Notes: generated by a model not told the origin, from the sequence alone. A stretch of DNA of 64,000 nucleotides from Minisyncoccia bacterium (GCA_039809245.1 JBDHUP010000003.1:41069-105068); one strand, 5' to 3'. Positions 28,913-39,345 are shown, counted from the first letter of the stretch. Program-made: numbers and translations.

Positions 28913-29842
28913 TTATTTAAGATACTTATTTATATTACTTTTATGCTCAGAGAAAGTCTTGGCATAGTGAACATTACCATTTTTATCATGAAGATAAAAT
29001 AGATAAGGAGAATCAGTTGGGTTTATGGCTGCATTTATAGCAACTATACCAGGATTTGAAATTGGATTTTTCGGTAAACCTTTATTGGTATAAGTCTCTT
29101 TTGCAGCATCAACTTGAAGAGGCATTCCTTGCTTTAATCTTTTCCATAAAATACCAGATATTATTGAGATATCTTCTTTACCACTTGTTTCTTTCTCTAA
29201 GACTGACGCCATTATTATAATATCCTCTTCTGTGTGACCTGATTTTGCAATATCATCATCGAGTGTAGCTAAATGTTTAGCAAAATTATGCGACATATCA
29301 CTTATTATCTCTGGTGATGTGACCATTGGAAAGAAGAAATAAGTATCAGGGAATAAATAACCTTGCTTATACTTAGGGTCAGAAACAAAAAGATCTCTTC
29401 TGAAAGCTGAGAATTTTGATTCCAAAATACTGACTATTTCTTCATTTGTAATTCCTTCCTTAAAAGTAATCTTGATAGGGTCAACATTATGATGACCTCT
29501 TGCCAACATCCAAGCAACTTTCCATACTGGTATATCTTTATCGAAAAGGTAATCCCCTCTGGCGACTTGTTTATCTAATTTAAAAACAGTCAAAAATACT
29601 TTGAGTAAAGTATGGCTTTTTATAACATTCTTATCTTCTAGAGTATTCGCAATAGTATTAAGAGATTCTCCTTGAGTGACATGTATTGATATAGGCTGTC
29701 TATTCGCCCTACTTATATTATTAGTCGGAGCAGACATTACCTGATACAGAACTATAGCAATAAAGAATATACAGAATATTAGATATACAAACTTATGAGT
29801 ACGGAAAAATGAACGTTTTGTATATTCGGGGTTGATATCCAT
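28913..29842 (-). CDS. mltG: endolytic murein transglycosylase MltG (YceG-like)
   Basis: N-terminal TM, then YLFPDTYFF, then ...YLFYLHDKNGNVHYAKTFSEH. Confidence 0.8.
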   Translation of the reverse strand: MDINPEYTKRSFFRTHKFVYLIFCIFFIAIVLYQVMSAPTNNISRANRQPISIHVTQGESLNTIANTLEDKNVIKSHTLLKVFLTVFKLDKQVARGDYLFDKDIPVWKVAWMLARGHHNVDPIKITFKEGITNEEIVSILESKFSAFRRDLFVSDPKYKQGYLFPDTYFFFPMVTSPEIISDMSHNFAKHLATLDDDIAKSGHTEEDIIIMASVLEKETSGKEDISIISGILWKRLKQGMPLQVDAAKETYTNKGLPKNPISNPGIVAINAAINPTDSPYLFYLHDKNGNVHYAKTFSEHKSNINKYLK

Positions 29843-29845
29843 AAA

Positions 29846-31141
29846 TTATAGAGGTAGGTTTGCAGGTGGTTTTGCAATTTTTGATTCTATACGCTTAAAG
29901 CTTGGAGTCTCAGAAACCATACCTGGGAAGTGAAAGATAGTTGCAAGTTCACGAGTCGACATTACAAATATTTCCGGAGAACCAGAAGGGAAAAAAGCTT
30001 TAATTACAGCTGGATATTTGAAAGAATACTGAAGTGGCGGGTGAAAGAATGTCCTCATTCGGAAAAAGTTCAAAGATCTCTTTTTATATTTAGTAAGGGC
30101 AAGACCTGTTGGATCAGACCAAGGAGCATCAAACTGAGTAGAGTTTATACGATTTAATTCGTTTATATCTGGTTGAGCATATTGACGAAATACTAAACGA
30201 GAAGCACGTCTAAGATTCTGGAATTGTTCATCTGTACATAAACGGTTATCTGAAAGTGTCATAATTCTTATACCACAATCAAAGTGTATCAGACTTGCAT
30301 TTTCAACCATCACTTTCACTTTATTTTTTAGTGGTTCTGGGGTACGCATATCTGCACCAATAGTATCTCCATTATCATTCTTCTGAAAACGAGTGTATGG
30401 TAAGAGCATATGTTCAATATATTCAAAAGTTGCATCGTAGAAATCTACATGCTTTCCAGTTTTGTGACTATGGTATTTCTTTATGCTTTGTCTTATTACA
30501 ATTTGTATCCACATTTGTTGACCTCTTGGTAATGAACCCAGAAATTCTATAACCGGAGTTATGGGGTCAATCTTGTACTCTTCTTTAGTTCCACTGTCCA
30601 TTTCTTCCATGTCTCTGTAGGTTCTTATTGGAAGAAAATCAGGTTTTAATTTAGTAAATTCACAACCCCAGATACTCCAGTCCCCATCTTTCTTATATTG
30701 TGGAACATGGAGAGTATAATCTTCGGCTTCAACAACTTTTGCTTGAGGATACTGAGCATATATTTGTGTTTCAACTAAATCTCTTATACGAGTTGGTGTT
30801 CTAATAAAAAAGTGAACCTTACCATCTATCGAAGCCATCTCAAGCGAGAACCAGAACCATGGGGCACCTTGAACATATTGCTCCCAAAATCCTTTACCAC
30901 TCTTGTGATAGAAAGCATTCGAAAGTATTAACTCCATTGCTGCTGGAGATTTAATAACTTCGCGAGGAACGTGCACTTCAAGAAGGACCCATTTTATACC
31001 CATAATAAATCGCTCTTGGCGATAATGATGCCAGAGGTGAAGAGCGATATATGTTAGAGGAATAGGCATTAGGTACCCTATTGTAACTAATAGTATTTGG
31101 ATTAAGTTAAAATTATGTGTAGAGAAAAAATCTGTAATCAT
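29846..31141 (-). CDS. hypothetical membrane-anchored protein
   Basis: 431 aa with an N-terminal TM helix. No recognised motif. ATG at 31139-31141 lies one nt after the stop of a 46-aa TM ORF. Confidence 0.4.
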   Translation of the reverse strand: MITDFFSTHNFNLIQILLVTIGYLMPIPLTYIALHLWHHYRQERFIMGIKWVLLEVHVPREVIKSPAAMELILSNAFYHKSGKGFWEQYVQGAPWFWFSLEMASIDGKVHFFIRTPTRIRDLVETQIYAQYPQAKVVEAEDYTLHVPQYKKDGDWSIWGCEFTKLKPDFLPIRTYRDMEEMDSGTKEEYKIDPITPVIEFLGSLPRGQQMWIQIVIRQSIKKYHSHKTGKHVDFYDATFEYIEHMLLPYTRFQKNDNGDTIGADMRTPEPLKNKVKVMVENASLIHFDCGIRIMTLSDNRLCTDEQFQNLRRASRLVFRQYAQPDINELNRINSTQFDAPWSDPTGLALTKYKKRSLNFFRMRTFFHPPLQYSFKYPAVIKAFFPSGSPEIFVMSTRELATIFHFPGMVSETPSFKRIESKIAKPPANLPL

Positions 31142-31142
31142 A

Positions 31143-31283
31143 TTAGTTTGGATAATACTCTATAGTCTGTGTCTCGACAGTTCTAGTTCTAGACGAAGGA
31201 TTAGAAAACATACCTATCAGGACAGCAATTAATATGAGGCCTATGATTATCATTATGATATGTATAATTCCACGCTGATACAT
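31143..31283 (-). CDS. hypothetical 46-aa single-TM protein, translationally coupled to downstream gene
   Basis: Unlisted ORF translated as MYQRGIIHIIMIIIGLILIAVLIGMFSNPSSRTRTVETQTIEYYPN. TAA at 31143-31145 abuts the ATG at 31141. Confidence 0.35.
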   Translation of the reverse strand: MYQRGIIHIIMIIIGLILIAVLIGMFSNPSSRTRTVETQTIEYYPN

Positions 31284-31308
31284 GGGTACATTATATCATA
31301 ATGATAAT

Positions 31309-31336
31309 AAAAATCCCTCCATATGGAGGGATTTTT
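31309..31336 (-). terminator. perfect 12-bp palindromic hairpin terminator
   Basis: aaaaatccctcc-atat-ggagggattttt. T-runs are present on both strands. Confidence 0.65.
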
Positions 31337-31337
31337 A

Positions 31338-32369
31338 TTATACTGCACTATAGAGTCCTGCTTTATTTTTCTTGAAATATTTTCCGTTTTGTAGGTTTAC
31401 TAAAATAGTGTTTTTCTTTAGGTATCTTTCCTTCATTACTTGTTCAACGATATCTTCTTTTGACATAGGGCCATTCTTCTTTAGGAGCTCTTTGATAACA
31501 TCGCGAACTACTCCTGATTTATAACCCCATTCAGATAGAGCGTATATACCTCTTCCTACAAGCACGAAACGAGGGTCTTTAATAAGTTCATTATGACAAG
31601 TCGCAGTGTGACACTTCTTATCGAAAGTAGCAGCTACAGCTTTAGCAACTTCACGGAAATGCATAGGTGAACCGTGCTTTCTCATCATAAGGAAGGCATA
31701 ATCTTTAACTCCGCGAGTTTTGATACTTGAAGATGTTGATTTACCCCATTCACCAAGTGGATTTCTACTAATCTTCTTTGACATAGAGAGCCAACGCTTA
31801 GCAATTTCTTCATTCTTGTATTGTTCAGATAATTCTTTAACTTCATCCAAGAAACGAGAAACTAATTCAGCTTCAGGTACAAGCTCATCATCTGAAAGAT
31901 TTTCAAATAGATTCTTTAGAGATTTATGAACTTCTTCTGATACATCATCATCAACACTCCATCTTATTTTAAAGTAATCATCTTCTTTGTGTTTAGTAAA
32001 TTCATCGCCAAGTGTTAAATAAAGGTGTATGTGGTTTTGAGTTAGTTTATCTTTTGATAAATGATTTAGAAGATCCTGTTCTGAAACAATAGCTCCGAGA
32101 GTATGAATTAGTTTTTTTAATTCTTCGAAAACAGCCTTCTCGTCTTTAAAAGCTTGTGATTTGCGTATTAGTGCAAGTGCAGCATTTTCGATTTGGCGAA
32201 CACGCTCACGAGTAATCCCATACTTCTGACCAATGGCCTCGAGAGTTTTCCTTTGTGCATCATCTGTAAGACCAAAACGATTAGTTATGACTTCATAAGC
32301 ACGATCAGGAAGATGTGAGAGCATGCGCTTGGTAACTTGTTTTGGTTTAAATGTAACAGTATTGGCCAT
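31338..32369 (-). CDS. sigma-70 region-4-like HTH protein with C-terminal HARE-HTH-like domain
   Basis: LTDDAQRKTLEAIGQKYGITRERVRQIENAALALIRK matches sigma70_r4. No region 2 is recognisable. C-terminal RFVLVGRGIYALSEWGY is a winged-helix-like motif. Confidence 0.5.
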   Translation of the reverse strand: MANTVTFKPKQVTKRMLSHLPDRAYEVITNRFGLTDDAQRKTLEAIGQKYGITRERVRQIENAALALIRKSQAFKDEKAVFEELKKLIHTLGAIVSEQDLLNHLSKDKLTQNHIHLYLTLGDEFTKHKEDDYFKIRWSVDDDVSEEVHKSLKNLFENLSDDELVPEAELVSRFLDEVKELSEQYKNEEIAKRWLSMSKKISRNPLGEWGKSTSSSIKTRGVKDYAFLMMRKHGSPMHFREVAKAVAATFDKKCHTATCHNELIKDPRFVLVGRGIYALSEWGYKSGVVRDVIKELLKKNGPMSKEDIVEQVMKERYLKKNTILVNLQNGKYFKKNKAGLYSAV

Positions 32370-32469
32370 TTGAATTAAAAAATTAAAGTTATAATATAAT
32401 CTACATTCTTACAATATCATTACTATCAAATAAAGTCAACTGCTGGGCCTGTGGCTATATAATATAGTC

Positions 32470-34284
32470 CTAATTCTGCTTTTTACTTGACGATTTGTTC
32501 TTTGATCGCTCTTGTTCAGTAAGGAATTTCTTGCGTAAACGGACATTTTTAGGTGTAATTTCAAGGTATTCATCGTCAGCCATAACCTCAAGAGCACGCT
32601 CAATAGATAGCTTGTATGGTGGTTTAACATTTACAGCTTCATCTGTACCTGAAGAGCGCATATTTGAAAGCTGTTTACCTTTTGTAGGGTTAACAGACAT
32701 CTCATCGCCTTTTGTCACGTTACCAACAACCATTCCTTCATAAACTTCATCTCCGTGTTCAACATATAGTATTCCTCTTTCTTGAAGAGTCCACAAAGAG
32801 AAAGCAACTACTTTACCCGTCACCATAGAAGTCATCGAACCTACATCACGCTTCTTTATCTCACCTGCATAATCTTTAAATCCAACAAATCGGGAAGCAA
32901 GTATTCCTTCTCCTTTTGTATCAACAACGAATTGACCACGGTAACCAAGTAACCCTCTTGTAGGTAGCTCAATAAGCAAACGTGTAATACCTTCTTTCTC
33001 GTGCATTGAATTTATTAGTCCCCTGCGTGCTGTTAACTTTTCAATAACTGCTCCAGCGAATTCACTAGGTACATCGATAGTAGCTTCTTCATACGGTTCT
33101 AACTTTTTACCATTTTCTTCTTTTATAATTACATGTGGTTGAGACACTTGGAGTTCGTATCCTTCGCGACGCATATTCTCAAGTAAAACTGCAATATGTA
33201 ATTCTCCACGGCCGTAAACTAAATACCCCTCTTGCATTTCTTCTTCATCTGTTCCATCAAAATTAATCTTGAGTCCCACATTGATTTCAAGTTCTTTCTC
33301 TAGGCGTTCACGAATCTGACGAGAAGTCACATACTTACCTTCACGCCCAGCAAAAGGTGAATCATTGACTAGGAAGTTTAAAGATATAGTTGGCTCGTCG
33401 ATCGCAATAGATGGTAGGGCTTCAGTATCAGCTTTATCAACGACAGTCTCTCCAATAAAGACATCTGGGATACCAGCAATAATAGCAATATCACCAGTTG
33501 TTAGTTCATTCACTTCTTTACGAGCTATCCCTTCGAATGTGAACATTTTAGTTATCTTACTGTTACGAGTGTTGCCTTTATCATCTTTAACAATGATAGT
33601 TGCTCCTGACTTTATTGAACCACCATAAGCACGAACGATGGCTAAACGCCCCAAGAAGTTATCATAACCTAGGTTAAATACTTGAGCCTGGAAAGGTCCT
33701 TCTTGATTCTTCGAAGCTTCTGGAACCTCTGCAAGTATAAGATCAAGTAATGGAGTTAGATCTTTCGATTCATCTTCTAAGTTAAGCTTAGCAATACCTT
33801 GGCGACCAATAGCATACATAGTTTTGAAATCTATCTGTTCGTTTGTCGCACCAAGTTCTATAAAAAGCTCGAGTATCTCATCGTGGACACGAGCAGGATT
33901 AGCAGCTGGTTTATCTATCTTATTTATTATCACGATTGGCTTAAGACCAAGTTCAAGTGACTTCTTCAGTACGAAGCGAGTCTGAGGCATAGGACCTTCT
34001 TGAGCATCTACAAGAAGAAGCACAGAATCAATGGCACGAAGAACACGCTCAACTTCAGATCCGAAGTCGGAGTGTCCAGGTGTGTCTACAATATTTATCT
34101 TTGTACCCTTGTAGTTAACAGAAGTATTCTTTGAGTAGATAGTAATTCCACGCTCTTGTTCAAGCGCATTTGAATCCATAGTCGCCCCTGTATCATTCAT
34201 ACCGCATTGCTTCATTAGCTCATCTGTCAGAGTAGTCTTGCCGTGGTCAACGTGGGCGATAATTGCTATATTCCTAATTTCCAT
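32470..34284 (-). CDS. typA: translational GTPase TypA/BipA
   Basis: IRNIAIIAHVDHGKTTL, DTPGHSDF, NKIDK. 604 aa. Confidence 0.92.
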   Translation of the reverse strand: MEIRNIAIIAHVDHGKTTLTDELMKQCGMNDTGATMDSNALEQERGITIYSKNTSVNYKGTKINIVDTPGHSDFGSEVERVLRAIDSVLLLVDAQEGPMPQTRFVLKKSLELGLKPIVIINKIDKPAANPARVHDEILELFIELGATNEQIDFKTMYAIGRQGIAKLNLEDESKDLTPLLDLILAEVPEASKNQEGPFQAQVFNLGYDNFLGRLAIVRAYGGSIKSGATIIVKDDKGNTRNSKITKMFTFEGIARKEVNELTTGDIAIIAGIPDVFIGETVVDKADTEALPSIAIDEPTISLNFLVNDSPFAGREGKYVTSRQIRERLEKELEINVGLKINFDGTDEEEMQEGYLVYGRGELHIAVLLENMRREGYELQVSQPHVIIKEENGKKLEPYEEATIDVPSEFAGAVIEKLTARRGLINSMHEKEGITRLLIELPTRGLLGYRGQFVVDTKGEGILASRFVGFKDYAGEIKKRDVGSMTSMVTGKVVAFSLWTLQERGILYVEHGDEVYEGMVVGNVTKGDEMSVNPTKGKQLSNMRSSGTDEAVNVKPPYKLSIERALEVMADDEYLEITPKNVRLRKKFLTEQERSKNKSSSKKQN

Positions 34285-34374
34285 AAAATAATGTTACTTC
34301 TTTTTAGTTAAAAATAAAATCGCCCTCAGGCGTTTTGAACACCTAATATATCATAGATTTTTATAAATGTAAAT

Positions 34375-34410
34375 AAAAAACCTCTTTGTATACTCCAAAG
34401 AGGTTTTTTG
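34375..34410 (-). terminator. hairpin terminator downstream of 34425..34847 gene
   Basis: cctctttg-tatactc-caaagagg flanked by A6/T6. A second small cgcc-ctca-ggcg hairpin lies at 34320-34332. Confidence 0.55.
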
Positions 34411-34424
34411 TCTTTTATTTGAAA

Positions 34425-34847
34425 TTATTTTTTATCCACCAGGGTATAGACCCTGCAACCAAGATTAGTACTTCTATGAATATTACTTACATAATCAGTA
34501 TAATTTATATACCATTCTTTATTTGGTCTATATATTATACTTATTATTCCTGTAGTTACATAGATAAAATTTGGCTTATCTCTACGAAGCTCAAATATTG
34601 TAGGATTACGCATCAACCAAAAGGTATATGCTAGACCTTTCTCAAGAGAAAGTTTTTCTGGTGACTGAAACGCTGTATTAGGATTATAATCAGTAACAGC
34701 CATCAATTTTCCTACAATACTTTCTTCGCTTACTTTGTCAAATCTGGCCATAAATGAAGGAGACATGCGACCTCCTTCAAATCCTTGTGCATTTGAGTAT
34801 TGTATAAAGGTTAGTAACCCAAATACAATAATTAAAAAATTTTTCAT
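34425..34847 (-). CDS. hypothetical secreted protein (Sec signal peptide)
   Basis: Signal peptide MKNFLIIVFGLLTFIQYSNAQG. 140 aa. Confidence 0.45.
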   Translation of the reverse strand: MKNFLIIVFGLLTFIQYSNAQGFEGGRMSPSFMARFDKVSEESIVGKLMAVTDYNPNTAFQSPEKLSLEKGLAYTFWLMRNPTIFELRRDKPNFIYVTTGIISIIYRPNKEWYINYTDYVSNIHRSTNLGCRVYTLVDKK

Positions 34848-34919
34848 TCGTATAAAAATTTTGGTGAAGAATAAGAAGAACTATTCTTCTCATTATAGCA
34901 TATTTATATAAAAAGTCAA

Positions 34920-36014
34920 TTAAAGCAATTTCACTATATCGTGATAAGTTATCACAACCATAAGAATCATTAGGAGTCCGAAGCCGATCATGTTTGCAGT
35001 GTTTGCAATTTTTGGCTTAATTCGTGAACCTTTTATTTTCTCTATTAGGAGGAATAATAGTCGCCCACCGTCTAGAGCTGGGAATGGTATTAAGTTTATA
35101 ACTGCCAAGTTTATAGATATAAGCGCAGTGAAGGATAGTAAGTATATAAATCCGAAACTAGCTGCATCTCCGACAACTCCGACTATACCAATAGGTCCAG
35201 TCACAGCTGATAAGTTACCATGCCCCGCTAAACTATCGTGAATAAGAGTATAGAATCCGTGAACAGTTGCAACAACTAAGTTCCAAGATAGTTTCAATCC
35301 TTCCCATAGCGCTTTATGAACAGGTAACTTTAAAGTCCCAATGATGTCCATACTAATACCAATCATAGGAGTGTTCGTATCTTTATTAATTTCTGGAACA
35401 ATAGTGACTTCTTTAGCATCTTTCGCGCGAATAAATGAAACATTTATTTCTTCCCCTCCGTGTCTTTTTACAAAATATTGAACACTTTCAGCTGAAGGAG
35501 TATCTGTATCATCAGAGCCAGATTTAAGATGCAAAATTTTATCACCAGTCTTTAGTCCTGCTTTCTCAGCAGGTGAACCTGCCAATACACTTGTCAGTGT
35601 AAGAGCTTGATCTGTTATAACAGTATCTTTCGGCGCAGTTCCAACAGAAGTTGGAAGCCCTGACATAAAGCCAACAGACAAAAGAAGCCACGCAACTAGA
35701 AAGTTCATAACTACACCCGCGAGTAATACTGCGGCTTGTATATAGCGAGGTTTGTTTATGAAGCTTCTCTTACTATCTGGACCACTTATAGATTCTTCAT
35801 CTGGATTTTCTCCGAATATCTTTACATATCCACCGAAAGGCAGAGCATTGAAGTTATAAGTCGTCTCCCCTACTTTCTTCCCGAAAAGTTTAGGAGGAAA
35901 ACCAAAAGAAAACTCATCCACACGAATACCGGACTTCTTCGCAACGATAAAATGCCCAAATTCATGGGAAACAACAAGTACTAATAAAATTATCAAAAAT
36001 ATAATTATGTTCAT
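34920..36014 (-). CDS. rseP: RIP site-2 metalloprotease RseP/YaeL family
   Basis: HEFGHF zinc motif, PDZ domain, LDGGRLLF motif, polytopic membrane protein. Confidence 0.88.
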   Translation of the reverse strand: MNIIIFLIILLVLVVSHEFGHFIVAKKSGIRVDEFSFGFPPKLFGKKVGETTYNFNALPFGGYVKIFGENPDEESISGPDSKRSFINKPRYIQAAVLLAGVVMNFLVAWLLLSVGFMSGLPTSVGTAPKDTVITDQALTLTSVLAGSPAEKAGLKTGDKILHLKSGSDDTDTPSAESVQYFVKRHGGEEINVSFIRAKDAKEVTIVPEINKDTNTPMIGISMDIIGTLKLPVHKALWEGLKLSWNLVVATVHGFYTLIHDSLAGHGNLSAVTGPIGIVGVVGDAASFGFIYLLSFTALISINLAVINLIPFPALDGGRLLFLLIEKIKGSRIKPKIANTANMIGFGLLMILMVVITYHDIVKLL

Positions 36015-36548
36015 TTAGTTCATTACATCAGTTTCTTTCTTGGCAAATATCGCTTCGAGATTACTATTCGCTTCATCTACACACTTTTGGATATCTTCCT
36101 TTGCGCGCTTTTTATCATCTTCTGGTAGATCTTCTACTTTATCCATTTCATCTCCTCGCTCTTTACGAACACTAATGCGTGCATCTTCTAGCCTTTCTTT
36201 TAAAATCTTTGCAAGCTTTGTTCTATTCTCAGTCGTAAGCATTGGGAAGATTACTCTCACACCATCACTATCAGAGACAACAGAAAGACCTAAGTCTGCC
36301 TCTGTTATAGCATTCTCAATATCTTTTATCTGGTTTTTATCCCAAGGAGCCACACGAAGTGTCTTAGAATCTTCAATGGTAATTCCAGCTATATTCTTAA
36401 TAGACATACGGCTACCATAGCTCTCCACACTGATACTATCTAGAATCATGGGAGTCGCTTTCCCAGTATGAACAGAAGCGTACTCATTCTTGAGCCATTC
36501 TTCTATTTTCTTTAGATTTGTCTTAAAAGTTGTAGTATTGTAATTCAT
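36015..36548 (-). CDS. frr: ribosome recycling factor
   Basis: VHTGKATPMILDSISVESYGSRMSIKNIAGITIEDSKTLRVAPWDK...LTTENRTKLAK. Confidence 0.9.
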   Translation of the reverse strand: MNYNTTTFKTNLKKIEEWLKNEYASVHTGKATPMILDSISVESYGSRMSIKNIAGITIEDSKTLRVAPWDKNQIKDIENAITEADLGLSVVSDSDGVRVIFPMLTTENRTKLAKILKERLEDARISVRKERGDEMDKVEDLPEDDKKRAKEDIQKCVDEANSNLEAIFAKKETDVMN

Positions 36549-36557
36549 ACGCTTACA

Positions 36558-37256
36558 TTATATCACAAGTGCAATATGTTCTAAAATCATTTTCACTGAT
36601 GCTCCTGGAGTACTAAGGTACATCCTAGCTTTCTTTAATTCTTCTAAAATAAACTGAGTATCCTTATCAAGTTTATTGGTTTTAAACTTCTCATACGAGA
36701 GCCTTTCAAGCTCGTTTACAATCTCTGTAGCTTGAAATCTTAGGTTACCACTATTCTCACTGTTTTTATTCTTATCCATAAGATCAGCTATTATTTCAAG
36801 ACGTCCATTTACAGGGACTTTTAAAAAGTTATTAGAGATTTTTTTAAAAGATGAAGCTTCATTGTTTAATATTCTAACTAAATGGGTTCTGGATTTAATA
36901 GTATCGAGTAAGACAGATGCATTTGGTATCACTAAGAATAAGTGTGAGTTTATTTTTGGTTCTTCTATTACTTTTAGTAGAGATTGTTCGGCTTCACGAT
37001 TTATGAACTTTGCTCCGATTATGCAGATCTTTTTCTTCTCGGATATTCCTCTCTTACTATTCCAGTCCTTTATGAGCGGAGTGTCTGCAATTGTAAACGA
37101 ATCAAAATTCTGACAAAGAATATCAGAATTGTTTTTCCCCACATCATCACGCTGTTCTAAAAATTCAAGTAGTAGTGGAACCGTCGAAATAGGATCACCT
37201 TCGATAAGGTAACTATGGTAAAGATTTTCAGGAAATAGATTTTTCATACTATCCAT
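36558..37256 (-). CDS. holB: DNA polymerase III delta-prime-like subunit (HolB), P-loop-less
   Basis: SLLKVIEEPKINSHLFLV (compare ALLKTLEEPP). Sensor-2 TIKSRTHLV. No Walker A, as expected for delta-prime. Confidence 0.6.
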   Translation of the reverse strand: MDSMKNLFPENLYHSYLIEGDPISTVPLLLEFLEQRDDVGKNNSDILCQNFDSFTIADTPLIKDWNSKRGISEKKKICIIGAKFINREAEQSLLKVIEEPKINSHLFLVIPNASVLLDTIKSRTHLVRILNNEASSFKKISNNFLKVPVNGRLEIIADLMDKNKNSENSGNLRFQATEIVNELERLSYEKFKTNKLDKDTQFILEELKKARMYLSTPGASVKMILEHIALVI

Positions 37257-37261
37257 GGTAT

Positions 37262-38311
37262 CTATTGTACCTCAAGTGGAAATATATTTGAAAGTTCCCC
37301 TGAATAATAGAATTCATAAGCAATGTCACCGAAAACGTAATCTATTCCATTTATATTTATTAGAGTTCCTCCAGCTTGAGGGTCTTCCTTAGGTATAGAG
37401 TAATAGAAACCGAGGTTATACAAAGTTGCTAAAACTTCAGGTCTATCACTTATATCATAGCCAGCTTTTTTCCATTGAGCTTCAATCTCGCGCATATATA
37501 AACCAACATATAGATATGAGTAATATGGATTTTTGGCGTCAGTAATTCTGTCTAATCTCTGTGCTTCAATATCATTTTGATCTGGATAATCAACTATATG
37601 CTCCATATCAGCACCAAGATAATACGGTGAAGACGGATCCTTTAGGTATGTTTCAATAAGTCCAACTGTTTTAGGTTTTAATCCAGCAATGCCGAAAGAT
37701 GTGTTTGATAAGGATGCTAATATTTTAAGTGGCTCAAAATAACTTTTAAATGATTCTCTCCTGTTATTAAAGAATCTAAACTGCTCACCTATAACACCAC
37801 TAAGAATAAGTCTAGGTGATATCTGTGCATCTTCCGCAGCTTTTTTAATTATGTCCTGATCACGAGAGAAAACTTCCTTCATTAAATTCCATTGATCTGT
37901 ATCAGCCCAATTGAAAGCTGTCATTGGCAGATCGAGTGTCTGTGGAGAATTATTATTACAATTATTTAATTCTTTTCTATATTCAAGATTATTCTCAAAT
38001 CTTTTTGAGGCTACTTTTATCATTTGGTTAACTAAGTCTTCACTTGTTCCTCTTGAAAGAGTCCTATATATATTTATAGCGGTTAAGGGTGCATAATTAT
38101 TTAGGACATTTATTTTACAAACTATTGCTAAATCATTAGTCTTGAAACTTTTAGTATTTGATGCGTCTTTTAAGTTAAAGTAAGAGTTGCGTTCCGAAAC
38201 TGAACCTTTAACATTCAACCATCCGAACTTCATCGCAAAATAAACTCCGACAAATATTAGTCCAATAACAGCAAACCCATATAATAAAACGCGAAAAATC
38301 TTTCGTATCAT
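37262..38311 (-). CDS. hypothetical membrane-anchored protein
   Basis: N-terminal TM VLLYGFAVIGLIFVGVYFAM. 349 aa. No recognised motif. Confidence 0.4.
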   Translation of the reverse strand: MIRKIFRVLLYGFAVIGLIFVGVYFAMKFGWLNVKGSVSERNSYFNLKDASNTKSFKTNDLAIVCKINVLNNYAPLTAINIYRTLSRGTSEDLVNQMIKVASKRFENNLEYRKELNNCNNNSPQTLDLPMTAFNWADTDQWNLMKEVFSRDQDIIKKAAEDAQISPRLILSGVIGEQFRFFNNRRESFKSYFEPLKILASLSNTSFGIAGLKPKTVGLIETYLKDPSSPYYLGADMEHIVDYPDQNDIEAQRLDRITDAKNPYYSYLYVGLYMREIEAQWKKAGYDISDRPEVLATLYNLGFYYSIPKEDPQAGGTLININGIDYVFGDIAYEFYYSGELSNIFPLEVQ

Positions 38312-38331
38312 AATCTAAAATATTTAAATAA

Positions 38332-39345
38332 TTATCTCTTACTGAGAATAGTCTTCTTATAAGTTTCTAAATGGTTTAGTGCTTCACCCGTACCTTTTAC
38401 AACACAAAGTAATGGTTCATCAGCTACACGAGCTTTCACTCCAGTTCGACGATAGATTAAATCCGCTAAATTTCTTAACTGAGATGATCCACCTGTCATG
38501 ATTATACCATCATCTATTATATCTGACGCGAGTTCTGGAGGTGTAAGAGATAGCACATCCTTCACAGCATTTATCATAGCTCTTAATTCTTTGTCTATCG
38601 CTCTAACTATTTCATTTGTAGATATCTGTGCTGTTCGTGGAAGACCTTGTATGAAATCACGACCCTTAACTGTAATAGTTAACTCTTCTTCCAGAGGAAC
38701 CGCGGCACCGATTTTCATTTTGATAGCTTCGGCTGTTTTATCTCCTATGGCTAAATTAAAAGTTTTCTTTATGTAGTCAGCGACAGCTTGGTCAATCTTA
38801 TCACCCGCACACTTAACAGAAGTCGAAGCAACAATTCCACCAAGTGAGATAACTGCAACATCAGTAGTCCCGCCGCCGATATCCATAATCATATGACCTT
38901 TTGATTCATGAATTGGAATACCTGCACCGATAGCTGCTAGGATTGGCTCCTTCACAACATACGCATTCTTTGCTCCAGCTCGGACCGCCGCTTCAACAAC
39001 AGCACGACGCTCAGTAGAAGTAATTCCTGCTGGCACTGAGACCATTACATCTGGCTTGAATAAATTATACTTACCTAAAGCTTTATTTATGAAGTAGCGT
39101 AACATCGCTTCGGTCACTCTATAGTCTGCAATCACACCGTCTTTCATGGGACGATAGACGATGATACTCTCTGGTGTCTTACCTATCATTTCTTTTGCCT
39201 CAAGACCAATGGCTAGTATAGTGTTGTCTTGCTCAGAAACAGCGACAACAGAAGGTTCATTTAGGATGATCCCTTTGCCAGGTAGATATACCAAAGTATT
39301 TGCCGTACCAAGGTCGATTCCCAATTTTTTAGAAAAAATAGCCAT
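38332..39345 (-). CDS. mreB: rod-shape determining protein MreB
   Basis: LGIDLGTANTLVY, DIGGGTTDVAV. 337 aa. Confidence 0.92.
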   Translation of the reverse strand: MAIFSKKLGIDLGTANTLVYLPGKGIILNEPSVVAVSEQDNTILAIGLEAKEMIGKTPESIIVYRPMKDGVIADYRVTEAMLRYFINKALGKYNLFKPDVMVSVPAGITSTERRAVVEAAVRAGAKNAYVVKEPILAAIGAGIPIHESKGHMIMDIGGGTTDVAVISLGGIVASTSVKCAGDKIDQAVADYIKKTFNLAIGDKTAEAIKMKIGAAVPLEEELTITVKGRDFIQGLPRTAQISTNEIVRAIDKELRAMINAVKDVLSLTPPELASDIIDDGIIMTGGSSQLRNLADLIYRRTGVKARVADEPLLCVVKGTGEALNHLETYKKTILSKR

